IMG/VR virus record: IMGVR_UViG_3300017971_000190
Location: 62,001 to 126,000 of that record
Direction: 5' to 3' (one strand)
DNA: 64,000 nucleotides
The notes under the pieces were generated by a model, which ran no database searches, was not told where the DNA came from, and worked only from the letters and a program-made list of their open reading frames with translations. The first letter of the stretch is position 1; each line of letters opens with the position of its first letter. Made by a program: the position numbers and the translations under genes. Shown here in pieces: positions 30,016 through 41,200 of the stretch.

Positions 30016-32171
30016 ATGCTACTCCAAGAAAAAATCTGGCAAAACCGTTTTGATTTTCGTGGCATTTACGCTTGTGAATTTTGTGGCTCTACACAAGAAG
30101 AAGGTAGTTGTTATGATGACGACTACTTTCACAATACAGTTACGCCCACAAAAATACGCTGCCAAGCTTGTGGTTTAACCACAGCTGAAGGAAAAGACAA
30201 AGAAACAAACTTCCAAAAAGTAGAATTGGTACTGAGTGACGAAACACTCTCACTTTGTAAAGAATTAGAAGAGCATTACAAATTTGGAGAACGGCTTGGT
30301 AGTAGATCTAAGCTGTTCGAAGAAGCTCTAAAATTGTATCATTTCTACTACCATGAGGTTCAAACTATGGGAAAGAACCTCTACACCGGTTTCACTTTTG
30401 GTACAGCTGAAGAAATCAGAGTTGCAGATGGAAAAGTAGAGTTGGTAAAGGAGGAAAAAAGTCATGAGTAGTAAAAAACTCAAGTACATGAGTGTTAAAG
30501 AATTTCGTGAAAATGGTCTTCTTTTTGAGGTTAATCGTCTAGTACTTCACCCCTTAGGATTGGCTCTTTCTGTTGACGTGAAAGGAGATGGAACAGAAAG
30601 CTTTGCAGAAATTTGGGATAATCGAGAAGACCCAGAAGGAATTTGCTTTGCACCAGAAACATTCTTAAATGGAAAGAAGAAATTTCATCAGTACATGAAA
30701 GACAAAGGGGATGATGCTTTACGGACGAGAGATAGAAAATTAGGTTACACCATTCAAATCGAATCTGGAGAGGAGTAGTTAGTTATGCGAGAAGTAATGA
30801 TTTACGAACCAGGGGAAGAAGTTCGTTATATTGGAAAATCACTTAAAATTGTACTTCCGGTAGATGGTGCTTGGGTAGCAGGAAGACCCGAAAGTTCTCC
30901 GTTTTGCCGAGCTTTGGTAGAGTTTAAATTCACACTAGAAGCAAATACAACAGGAAAAGTAGTACCACCTCCTTTAGGAGGTGAAGAGAACATTTCGTTC
31001 TGTTACGTCAGATTTGATGGTCATTTGTACAATACTATTATTCCTATTAATTATGAAGATTTAGAAATTGTGTAAAAATGACTACTGAAATTCACTGTAG
31101 CTTCTGTAGTAGTATCATACTTGGACCAGGTACTGAGTTTTGTCATAATTGTATTAACCTTAAAAAGGAATTCCTCAGAGTAGAAGAAAAAGAAAGGTAC
31201 AAATTATTTTACGATTATATTGATGCTGCCCAACTTAGAGAATTGAGAACTGTACTTCAAAAAGAAATTGGAGATCCCACTCAGTACAGTTACGCTTCTT
31301 GGCTTATCTATTTCAATCCTGATCGTACTGCTGTTACGGTAGAACTGTGGTACAAAAAAGACTTTCATTGTTTTGCACTTACCACGGAGGAGTTAAAAAA
31401 GTTCCTCAGAAAACGTCCTCCTTGGCGAAAGTACTTTGGACCCTATCAGTTAGACAAGGCAGACAAAGAGACTTTTAAAGCCAGTGTTGTGGAAATGTTA
31501 GCAACACTTAGCCCAATTATTATTCCTTCTGGAACTCTTCTTACTACCTGTCCAGTTTGTGAAAAAGAAGGTAAGAAACCAAAAACTTTCATAACTGATG
31601 GTCCTACCTACGCAAAGCCTATGGAACCACCACCCTTTACTGATAAAGAGGGTGTTAGACACTGGCACCTGGTTGGTTTCTCTACAATTTACTATCAGTG
31701 TTCTAACGATCATCGTTGGTATGTAAATCACTACCTACCTTGTATAGCTCCAGGTTGCATTTATGGTAAAGAATCCAAAATAGAGATTTTAAAATGAAAC
31801 CAAAATTAATAGATGAACTTCTAAAAAGAGCTGACAAGTGGATCACTCAGGCTTTAGGAGATCCAGAAAATTACATTCCACCTTGGGATTTAACAAACGA
31901 TAAACCAGTTGACATTTGGATAACAGCAGCTTCTTACTTACTCATAAAGTTGCTAGAACTTAAAGCTGTCAGTGAAGGTGAACAGACAACAGCTCTTTAC
32001 GACTCTACTGCTGTGGGTGTACTTTGTCGAGCTAGGCACCAAGGTAAACCTGTAGAACTTATTTTGAGATCTCAATTGGGGTTGAATAAAGAAGAATCTC
32101 TAGTTATTTATCTCGTTCCTATAACTAGTGATGGTGAACGGGATTGGGAACAACCACCAGCTTATGCCTAA
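30016..32171 (+). other. hypothetical CDSs 30016..30471, 30464..30778, 30785..31075, 31078..31797 and 31794..32171
   Basis: Co-directional ORFs with RBSs and overlaps. Confidence 0.65.
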
Positions 32172-32532
32172 GAAACAACCAACGGTAGCCAGTCTTAAAA
32201 AGTTACTGGGCAACCAAGCCTACACCATAACCGAAGAACGGCTTATTCAAGACAAAATTGAGCAAGTCCTAACAGACAGTAAAATAAAACACCTTCGTGA
32301 AGCTCAACTAACTGAAAGTGATCGCATAGATTTTCTAGTAGATACCATTGGTATTGAGGTTAAACTTAAAACCCCTATTACTCAGGTTACCAGGCAGCTC
32401 CACCGTTACGCTCAAAGTGGTCTCATTTCAGAGTTGCTTTTAGTAACCACTTCTCCCCAACTTCAAAGCGTAGTTCGAGAATTCAACAACAAACCAATTC
32501 ACGTTCTTCTTCTAATTACCGCTCTCATTTGA
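32164..32532 (+). CDS. PD-(D/E)XK-family nuclease
   Basis: E...Q..I.....RE..L...DRIDFLVDTIGIEVK....RQL.RY catalytic pattern; likely ATG at 32164. Confidence 0.7.
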   Translation: MPKKQPTVASLKKLLGNQAYTITEERLIQDKIEQVLTDSKIKHLREAQLTESDRIDFLVDTIGIEVKLKTPITQVTRQLHRYAQSGLISELLLVTTSPQLQSVVREFNNKPIHVLLLITALI

Positions 32533-32843
32533 AGAGGTTTAAAATGATTTTCACATTCGGAAGAACTTCTAGCTACGATCGCGATTTTAATACTGAATCC
32601 AACCCTAAAAAACTTGGACCACAAAGTGATGGTTATCCTGGTGGTTCGGTGTGGAAAACTAGAGAAGAAGCCCAAGCTTTTGTAGATAGTTTACCAAACA
32701 AATATTGTCCTACTTTGAATGCTAAAGATTTTTCAGTTTATGGAGTGCTGGCTGATTGGGATACTGATGTGTATAAAAGCGATTCTGAAGCATCTTGGGC
32801 AAATTTAAAAATAGATGCTCCCTTAGTTAAACTAATCCCTTAA
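32529..32843 (+). CDS. hypothetical phage protein
   Basis: In-chain ORF with the motif YPGGSVWKTREEAQ. Confidence 0.6.
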   Translation: MKRFKMIFTFGRTSSYDRDFNTESNPKKLGPQSDGYPGGSVWKTREEAQAFVDSLPNKYCPTLNAKDFSVYGVLADWDTDVYKSDSEASWANLKIDAPLVKLIP

Positions 32844-32856
32844 TAATTAATACTCT

Positions 32857-35800
32857 GTGTCTTCCCTTCCCAAAACTTACGGTCGTTTTTGGCTTAAAGA
32901 TTCTACTTGGCATGTGGCTTGTGAACCACATGTCATGATTAGATTAAAGCGTACTTTTGACAAAGTACGAAAAGACCAGTACGATGTAATTACTCTAGCA
33001 GACTCTCCAGAAACCTGCCGTGAACTTCTTTGGTTCACCCTTCGTTTTCCTCTCACTGCTATTGATGAACCCACCCAATTTTACCTGGAAGAGCAAGCTG
33101 AAAAACATGAAAGGGAGGAGAAGGAAGTACACCTGCTACTGAGCGGTGAGGTGGAACCCAAAAACTTTAAACTTCGTTTGCCTCTTCGCCCATACCAACG
33201 TATTGCCACCGATTTAGCTCTTAAAACAGGAGGATTATTAATTGCTGACGATCTCGGAACTGGAAAGACTGCTTGTATTATTGGTATGTTTACAGATCAA
33301 CGTACCAGACCAGCTTTAGTTGCTACTCTTGCACATCTCACTTATCAGTGGCAAGCTGAAATAAATCGCTTCGCTCCTGAACTTACCACTCACATAATTA
33401 AGCAGGGAAAGTTTTACCAATTTTCTAAAGACAACATTTTTCCAGATGTTCTTATAACTAGTTATTACAAGTTGCATAGTTGGGCTGAGCATTTAGCTGG
33501 AAAAATTCGTTGTGTAGCCTTTGATGAAATACAAGAACTAAGACATGGAGAAATGAGTTTAAAAGGTTCAGCATCTTTTCATATTTCTGATCAAGCATCT
33601 TTCAGAGTCGGCGCTAGCGCTACTCCATTTTATAATTACGGCGCTGAAATGTTTAATATTATGAAAGCCCTTCGTCCTGGAGTACTAGGGACTTTCTCAG
33701 AATTTGCTAGGGAGTGGCTCAGCTGGGATGGTAAAAAACTAAAAGATCCCAAAGCATTTGGAACCTATCTTCGCGATCATGGTTATATGATTCGTAGAAC
33801 CAGAGAAGATATTAGGAGAACTATTCCCACCCTTACTAAAGTTCCACATTGGATTGATTTTGATTTTGAAGCTCTCGACGCTTTAAAATCATCGGCAGAT
33901 GAATTGGCTCTTTCTATTGTTCGATATGATCCAACTATTGATGAAGAGACACAAAAAGACAAATTCGCTAGAGAAAATGAATTCAAGCAACTTTTACGAC
34001 AAGCAACTGGAATTGGAAAAGCTCCCTATGTTGCAGAATTTGTCCGCATGCTTGTGGAAACTGGTGAACAAGTAGTTGTATTTTTGTGGCACCGCGAATG
34101 TTATTCGATACTAAAAGATCGTCTTAGTGATTATAAACCATCTATGTATACAGGTTCGGAAAGTCCACAACGAAAAAGAAAACAGTTTAATCGTTTCGTG
34201 AGAAAAGAAACTCCAATATTGTTAATTTCTCTCCGCTCAGGCGCTGGACTAGACGGTCTTCAATATCATTGCCGCACTGTCGTTTTTGGAGAATTAGATT
34301 GGTCCCCCGGAGTTATGGAGCAATGCTTAACAATGGAAACAGAAATTTTAACTAAAAAAGGATTTTGCAAAGAAAATGAAGTAGAAGTTGGAGATGAAGT
34401 AGCCGCTTTTGATATAAAAGATAGTAGTATTAAATGGAAGCCAGTTCTGCATAAAGTTTGTAGAAAGTTAGGTAAAAAAGAAAAACTTTTTTACACAGAG
34501 ACGAAAAAAATGGCTTTTAAAGTTACTGGAGATCATAGACTTATTGTGCGGCGTAGTAGACGCACAATTTCAGGAGAAAATAGGTCTGATTGGAAATTTA
34601 AATTAGCAAAGGACGTAGCTGGTAAAAATAGACGATTTGTTCCTACGTGTGGTTTGGAAAAAACTATAGGTGTTGATCTCACAAGTTATGAATTAAGGTT
34701 TTTAGGGTGGTATATTTCTGACGGAAGTTTTAATGGTAATCAAGTAACCATTTACCAAGCTGCTCATCAACCTTGGAATGATGATATTGTAGAAGTTTTA
34801 AATGGTTGTGAATTTACTTGGTATAGATATGAAAGGATTAATACCAACGGTAATTTGTTATATATGTATTGTGTACCAAAAGGGAACGTACAACGTTGGA
34901 CTAAAAATGAAATAAGTACATTCATAAAAATGAAGAAAAAAGGAGTTTCTTATAAAGAAATAGAGGAAAAAATTAATAGACCTAGAAGTAGTCTTTATAA
35001 AAGGTGGGCAAAATTTAAATCGGGTTACAAATATGAATTGATTCCTCCCAAAAATCGAACTACTAAGGGTTGGGAATATTTAGAAAAATATTTAGACAAA
35101 AATTTAAGTCCACTTCTAGAAAACGTTACTCGTGAACAACTAATAAATATTATTCACGGACTTTATATGGGGGATGGTACTAAAAATGAAAGTCGTGAAA
35201 ATGTGGTAATGATTGGCGGTACTAACAAAATTCTTTTCGATCGTCTGCAATCATTATGTGTAAGACGTGGGATGTCTGCTACTATATCTACACACAAAAA
35301 ACCAAAAGATCCGAATAGAAAAATCTCACATACTATTTATATATCTAAATTTGAAGATGCTTACATACCCGGTCCTAATAAACCTAATGTATTGTCAGAA
35401 GTGGAACCAACAAAAAATGAGAAAGTTTGGTGTGTTACAAATGAATTAGGAACATTGGTTACCAGGTATAATGGTAAAGTTGCTGTAGTTGGAAATTGTA
35501 TAGGTCGGGTACATAGAGACGGACAACTAGATGACGTAACAGCTTACTTTTTGTTAGCCAATGGGGGAAGTGATCCTTACGTTTCAGAACTGTTAGGAAT
35601 TAAAAGAGCCCAAATAGAAGGCGTCAAAGATCCAGAAGGTGCCGTTCTTCCCAATTACGATTTAGATAACGTTTCTGTAAAAGAACTAGCGCTTAACTAC
35701 ATGAACCAACGACAAGAAGGAAAGGCGGTAGAAGTCATGCCAACAAACAGAAAAAATTTAGAAACTTATCCTTTGGAAAGTGAAGAGAGTAACATTAAAG

Positions 35801-36042
35801 CCTACTTAACGGACGAAATTAAAATTGAGTTGTCTGAAGGTTTAGCCAATTTTACAAAGGAGAATGATCTGCTAGATCTTATTGACAAAGAACTACTAAC
35901 AGGTTTCTTAAATTCCCTTGGTTTAAAACCCTCTAAAAAGCTGCATAAAAAATTGGTTAAAAATTTGTGCCTGTCTCTTTTAGAAGCTGCTTGTAGAGCG
36001 ACTATCAATGATCGAAAAGTAATTAAAACACATGACTTGTAG
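32857..36042 (+). CDS. SNF2-family helicase/ATPase, intein-containing
   Basis: LIADDLGTGKT (motif I), FDEIQELR (II), SATP (III), GAGLDGLQ (V) and Q/CIGRVHRDGQ (VI, split by the intein). Confidence 0.92.
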   Translation: MSSLPKTYGRFWLKDSTWHVACEPHVMIRLKRTFDKVRKDQYDVITLADSPETCRELLWFTLRFPLTAIDEPTQFYLEEQAEKHEREEKEVHLLLSGEVEPKNFKLRLPLRPYQRIATDLALKTGGLLIADDLGTGKTACIIGMFTDQRTRPALVATLAHLTYQWQAEINRFAPELTTHIIKQGKFYQFSKDNIFPDVLITSYYKLHSWAEHLAGKIRCVAFDEIQELRHGEMSLKGSASFHISDQASFRVGASATPFYNYGAEMFNIMKALRPGVLGTFSEFAREWLSWDGKKLKDPKAFGTYLRDHGYMIRRTREDIRRTIPTLTKVPHWIDFDFEALDALKSSADELALSIVRYDPTIDEETQKDKFARENEFKQLLRQATGIGKAPYVAEFVRMLVETGEQVVVFLWHRECYSILKDRLSDYKPSMYTGSESPQRKRKQFNRFVRKETPILLISLRSGAGLDGLQYHCRTVVFGELDWSPGVMEQCLTMETEILTKKGFCKENEVEVGDEVAAFDIKDSSIKWKPVLHKVCRKLGKKEKLFYTETKKMAFKVTGDHRLIVRRSRRTISGENRSDWKFKLAKDVAGKNRRFVPTCGLEKTIGVDLTSYELRFLGWYISDGSFNGNQVTIYQAAHQPWNDDIVEVLNGCEFTWYRYERINTNGNLLYMYCVPKGNVQRWTKNEISTFIKMKKKGVSYKEIEEKINRPRSSLYKRWAKFKSGYKYELIPPKNRTTKGWEYLEKYLDKNLSPLLENVTREQLINIIHGLYMGDGTKNESRENVVMIGGTNKILFDRLQSLCVRRGMSATISTHKKPKDPNRKISHTIYISKFEDAYIPGPNKPNVLSEVEPTKNEKVWCVTNELGTLVTRYNGKVAVVGNCIGRVHRDGQLDDVTAYFLLANGGSDPYVSELLGIKRAQIEGVKDPEGAVLPNYDLDNVSVKELALNYMNQRQEGKAVEVMPTNRKNLETYPLESEESNIKAYLTDEIKIELSEGLANFTKENDLLDLIDKELLTGFLNSLGLKPSKKLHKKLVKNLCLSLLEAACRATINDRKVIKTHDL
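34324..35496 (+). mobile_element. intein with LAGLIDADG homing endonuclease (391 aa)
   Basis: Starts CLTMETEILT (block A), has VTGDHR (block B), FLGWYISDG and HGLYMGDG (LAGLIDADG), and VWCVTNELGTLVTRYNGKVAVVGN followed by +1 Cys. Confidence 0.92.
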
Positions 36043-36274
36043 TGATTGTAGTTAAAAATCCTTCCGCCAACTGGCAATAAAAGACTTCCTTTCCAAGTTA
36101 CATTTTAGTGTAGTGGTAAACCTGGTAGACTTTAAGCTACCAGAGCAGTATAAAAGCATCGTTGTTCTAGTGAGCGGTTCTAGGTTCATTTCCCCCGTCC
36201 GATTACCCTTCCCAGACGACGGTGCTTTCTTTTCTCTTTAACGGTTAAAATCAAAAATTCAGGAGAACAAATCT

Positions 36275-36532
36275 ATGAGAAAAGCCGTACCCGCCTTCAT
36301 AGTTATTTTTTCGTTGTTTTTTCTAGCTTGTAATCCTTGTGAACCAGGCGCTCAACGTTGTAACGGAACCATTGTTGAAATTTGTCGCCCTGATAAAAAA
36401 TGGCACAAAGTTCAAAATTGCTCAAAATTGCATAGAACCAAAATGGTCCACAGGTGTAAATGTATTAAACCGGATGGGAAAATCAAATGTTATTGTTGTC
36501 CCATCTCTTCTGCTAAAAAGGAGGTTAATTAA
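36275..36532 (+). CDS. small Cys-rich lipoprotein
   Basis: Basic N-terminus, hydrophobic core and FLAC lipobox; CEPGAQRCNG....C....W....C repeat type. Confidence 0.7.
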   Translation: MRKAVPAFIVIFSLFFLACNPCEPGAQRCNGTIVEICRPDKKWHKVQNCSKLHRTKMVHRCKCIKPDGKIKCYCCPISSAKKEVN

Positions 36533-36534
36533 CC

Positions 36535-37134
36535 ATGGGAATCGAACAAGTTACTCCAGAGTTAGTCAAAGAATTTTGGAAAGATGCTCTCAAAAAGTTT
36601 GATGCTAAAAGTGTCGATAAAGATGATTCCACTTTTATGAAAAGTATTGCCTCTTTTTTAGACGCAATTAAAATACTGGATAAAGAAGATTTTATGGATC
36701 GATTTACCACTACTATTTTCAAAACCATTTATAGACCTTTTAAAATTGGAGATACCTCTAATTATAGTTTGTGGGGGCAAATAACTGTACTGGTCCACGA
36801 ATTAACACACGTACTTCAATTTGAAGCGAACGAAATTGAATTTACGGTTGGTTACATAACAAATGAAAGCAGTAGAGCTGCTTATGAAGCAGATGCCTAC
36901 AGTGCAGATATGGAAATGCACTATTGGATGTATGGCGAAATTTACAACATTAAAGATCGTGCTGCTAACTTAAAATACTATGGGCTAGAACAAGATGAAA
37001 TTGATTTTGCTGCTTCTGTTATGGAAAGTAACAGTCTAACAATTTTAAATAGTGACGCAGCTGTTAATGATGTAGCTGCATGGACTATGGATTGGTTAGA
37101 AGCCAAGGGTGTTACACCAGAAGTGGTGCACTAA
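36535..37134 (+). CDS. zincin-type metallopeptidase
   Basis: VHELTH (HExxH) with a downstream third-ligand motif RAAYEADAY. Confidence 0.7.
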   Translation: MGIEQVTPELVKEFWKDALKKFDAKSVDKDDSTFMKSIASFLDAIKILDKEDFMDRFTTTIFKTIYRPFKIGDTSNYSLWGQITVLVHELTHVLQFEANEIEFTVGYITNESSRAAYEADAYSADMEMHYWMYGEIYNIKDRAANLKYYGLEQDEIDFAASVMESNSLTILNSDAAVNDVAAWTMDWLEAKGVTPEVVH

Positions 37135-37137
37135 GTC

Positions 37138-38145
37138 ATGGGTTGGGGACCGACCACTCCCATAATTGACGGAAAGAATTTTATCAAGACAGACGATCTT
37201 GATAGAAGTTATATTGACGCCTTAAAAGCTGGTAACGATACTCGTTACCTTAGTCTTACCAAATATACTGTTCAGAAATATTTAGAAGCTTGCCTCCGAT
37301 CCGATGGACAATTTCGTCCATTTTTCGACAAATTTGCTGTTTTTACTGGGGGATTTGTAGTTAACGAAAACTTCAACGGTTTAAACGACAACCAGAGGCA
37401 TTTGCAAATTGCTCGCTACATGAGCCAAATTAAATCAATGCCTCCTCAAATTTTTATTCAAGATGAGGGCTATACCCACACTTCTTCTGGCTTAGGCGGT
37501 TTAAGTGCTGGTTGGAACGAACGAACTCCTGATGGAGCACAAATTGTTCGAGTTACAGGAATTGCTGAAATTCCTCTTGCTATTACCTACAGTGTTGTTC
37601 AAGATGAAACTGCTGTAGATGATATGATTGGATTTTTTGAAGCTGCTTTTGGAGATTACCAAAAATTTCTTTGTGGTTGGGTTTTGCGTCCTGCCAGTCC
37701 TATTGACGGAGCTTATTGGGAAGTTCGAATTCCTTTAAGCGGTTGGAGTGTAGGAGCAAAAAGCAATTCTCCTGTAATTGGTTCTTCTGGTGAAGATGTC
37801 ATTTGGTCTGTGACTGTTTCCATTACTTTTGATTTCGAAAATAGTAGCTACATAACTTATAGAGCTGCTCCCATTGCAGATTTGTACAACGCAGAATTTA
37901 CCGTTGCAGTACCATCTTCCATTCCTATAAACAGTGTCATCCCTATCGAGATGGGGCACATGCCCTACCCGGTTGATGTTTATAGTTCTGACATTCGTGT
38001 AGCTTTGATAGATCAAGAAGGTAGTAAGTATTTTATCAGACCAAAACGTCCTGGTGTTTTTAACTTAATTATAAGTAAAAGAGGCGGAACTGACAGAACT
38101 AAACAAGTGTACACAGAGAAAGAGATCAGAGTAACACTTCGCTAA
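37138..38145 (+). CDS. putative virion structural protein (tail completion/neck-like) with C-terminal beta-sandwich
   Basis: Lies directly before the sheath; beta-rich C-terminus. Function inferred from synteny only. Confidence 0.4.
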   Translation: MGWGPTTPIIDGKNFIKTDDLDRSYIDALKAGNDTRYLSLTKYTVQKYLEACLRSDGQFRPFFDKFAVFTGGFVVNENFNGLNDNQRHLQIARYMSQIKSMPPQIFIQDEGYTHTSSGLGGLSAGWNERTPDGAQIVRVTGIAEIPLAITYSVVQDETAVDDMIGFFEAAFGDYQKFLCGWVLRPASPIDGAYWEVRIPLSGWSVGAKSNSPVIGSSGEDVIWSVTVSITFDFENSSYITYRAAPIADLYNAEFTVAVPSSIPINSVIPIEMGHMPYPVDVYSSDIRVALIDQEGSKYFIRPKRPGVFNLIISKRGGTDRTKQVYTEKEIRVTLR

Positions 38146-38259
38146 GAAACCTAGTTACTCTCTAAGGAAGAAGAAAGAAGGGGTAGTTATACCTTTTCTG
38201 TGTCTTTTCATCATCATTAGTGTCAGCATTGTAAGTAGCAGCATTAGAGGAGAAGCCTC

Positions 38260-41200
38260 ATGGCAAATGGCAACGTTGGAGATCTACGTTTAACTCAGAG
38301 TCAATATCTGAGACCTGGTGCGTACATTGGTTACATTTTTCAGGCTCGTCCTGTAAGTTCTAGCGGATTACCTCGTCTACCTGGTTATGTTGGACGCGGA
38401 AGTAGATTAGCACAGACTTTAAATTTCCAAATAATCAGAAGTTACATAAGAGAAAAGCAGTTATCTTTTTCGTTAGTGGCTCCTCATGTTGCTCCTCTCA
38501 CAAGCCCTGCCAGTCCTGATAAAACAATTGCGTCTCTTTACACTCAGGCTGGGTTAACTTTAAGAACAAATGTATGGCAATTTTCGGAAAGTGAACCTGG
38601 AAGTGGTGTCTACGACCAGATCGAAATTGCTATTACTGATTTTGATGTTAACGCTACCTATTATCTGGATTATCAAAGTACAGATCGCACCGTAGACGAC
38701 GAAATTGCAATTGACGAAATTCGTCAAATGTTAGAAGTTGGTGAAGCTGAAGGTTCTGACGAATACATAGAAAATGTTGACTACCGAATTGTTACCGAAA
38801 TTTTAGGTGATGTTAGTGGTGGAAATGCAGATGCTTTAATTCGGGATGAAAACAATTCAGATGGTGATGGTCAAACTGGGGTTATTACGGCTACCCTCCA
38901 AGGTGGTAGTACTGGTTCCATCACTCCCAATCCTGCGAGTAAGTATACATTTGAATATAGTATGAGTTATAATTTGCAGTGCATTGCTAGTGGGGGTATA
39001 GCTCCAGCTCGTTTTGCCACTTTCCAAATTTCAATTGATCCTCTTAGTGGTGGTAATGATCAAGTAGCTCCAGTTCCTAAACACCCCAGCTCTAATGAAG
39101 TCTTTCAGTTTACAATTAATGAATTGGTAAATGATACCAATTATCGTATTGACGCCAATTACCCCTTTACAGATGAAATCGCTTTAAATTTCTCATGGGG
39201 TGGGGCCAATTTCGTAGGTAATGTTGTTCCTGCAAATGCTGACCTTTTTGACTGGGATGCTCTTGGCCCACAATTAATTGAAATTAGTAGTGCTCATGAC
39301 AATACCAACCAATTTTCTGAAGTAACCGAACCCGCCGAAAATGGAAATATTGGTGGTGGTGCCAATACTACTAGTGGAGATATTACTCTTAATACCAATA
39401 CAAATTATGACAACTCTTTTGACCGCCATTATTATATGGAGGTAATTAGTGTTGGTGTAGGCCCTCGTACAGCTACGATTGCTTGGCGTGGTTGGGACGA
39501 AATGCCTTACACCTATGGCACTCTTAATTTAGATGAAAGTAACCCATCTTCTCTTACCAATATTTCTTTGGAAGAAGATATTTATCTTGACTTTGATTTT
39601 GGAGTTGAACATCTTTTAGCAGACGTTGGTGACTTACTGGTTTCACCAGACGCAACTGATTTAACTAGTGCTGTTACCCTTGCCACAGAAATTGGTGTAA
39701 ATTGGAATCGACACGACAATGATACTTTGGTAGCAGCTCATAATATTGGAAGTACAGGTAATCATCAAATTACCGCTGCTGTTCCTGTTGATGAGGCTAC
39801 CCTTAAACTTTTCTGCCAGGACGCTGAAACAGTTTACAGTGACCATATTGGGGATTCTGCAATGCACCCCAGTATTGACACAGTGTGGTTACTTGATAGC
39901 AGTATTACTTTAGACAGTTTAGTTAACTACATTGCTTTCCTAAACGACTTCAAAGTCAAAAATAATAGACACGTAATTGGGGTTAATTTTGTGGCTGGTG
40001 ACACTTGGCTTATGACAGCCAATGCTGCCATGCAATATTATACTGCTAAAGATAATCGCGAATATACTTTAACAACTACAACAGTAACTCCTGGTACCAG
40101 TGTTGAGTTCCAGTGGCGTGGTGATACCTATGAAAGCAGTTGGGGCAATAAAACTCCTACTGTTACCGATCCCTACATGGAGTTTACGGACAACATTACG
40201 TTAGCTCTCCGAAATTTTGACCCGTCAGGAACTTTAACTAATTACGATAGTGGTGATATTTTCACATTTACCACAGTTAACGACAATGAAATTGATTGGA
40301 CTCTTCGCCAAAGAGTTACGCAGAGTTTTGCTTCTGGAGATATTTATTTTGATAGTTTAGGTCGTAGAACCGGAACACCGGGTGCCTACTACGTTATTTT
40401 AGACGATACTCCTGAAACTATTAATAGAGTGGAAGACGCTGTTACAGGTAACGCTCTCAGTTATAGTATTGTCACAGATACTGGGGGAAATAATCTTCCC
40501 TACATCATGTTTATTACTAACCCCAACACGACAGTTGAGGTGACGTATGAACATAGAGGAAGTGAACCAGATCCAGGGTTAGTTTATTTTGTAAGTGTAA
40601 ACCGTCTTCGTTCTGATGATGAGTATAACACTCCTACTTTGTATCTTACTCGTGATTTACTGAATGAAGGGCTGCGTCCAAGCGAGACTACAAACCATAT
40701 TTGGATTATGGGTAATATTGCGTTTGATACCGGATTTTTCGGTTGCTACATTACTCAGGTGAAGAGTGCTAGCGAAGACGAAATTTATACAATTGCTGAT
40801 TACAGACGTGCAATTGATGCTACTGAAACCGTAGATGATATGACTGATTTGGTTGTACTGAGTCAGTACGAAGCTCTTGGTTATGCTAAATCCAGTGTTG
40901 AAAAAATGAGTAATCCTTTCATTGGGCGAGAAAGGTTACTTTGGCAGGGGGCAATGGCTAATACTCCAATTGGAGATTCCAAAACTCCTGACACACTTAT
41001 TTATTTATCTACACGAACTCTGCAGCCCAGTAGTGGAACAATTACCTCTCCAAGTCGTGGACGTTGTATTTTGACTGGAAACACTTGGGCAAAAAGAACT
41101 GTTACGTTAGATGACGGTACGTCTACTCAATTAGATTTAGACGGTTCGTTTATTGCAGGCTATGGAGCTGCTAGAACAGCAGCTTTCGCAGCTCCTTATG

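Noticed and set aside
36176-36183. preQ1-I riboswitch (GGTTCTAG core)
   Set aside because: No closing 5-bp P1 stem and no A-rich 3' tail; no queuosine gene downstream.
36099-36200. tRNA gene (TAGTGTAGTGGTAAAC D-arm-like, GACTTTAAG anticodon-like, GGTTCATTTCC T-arm-like)
   Set aside because: No acceptor-stem pairing, an 8-nt anticodon loop, a T-loop lacking the conserved A58 and wrong spacing. Kept only as a structured element.
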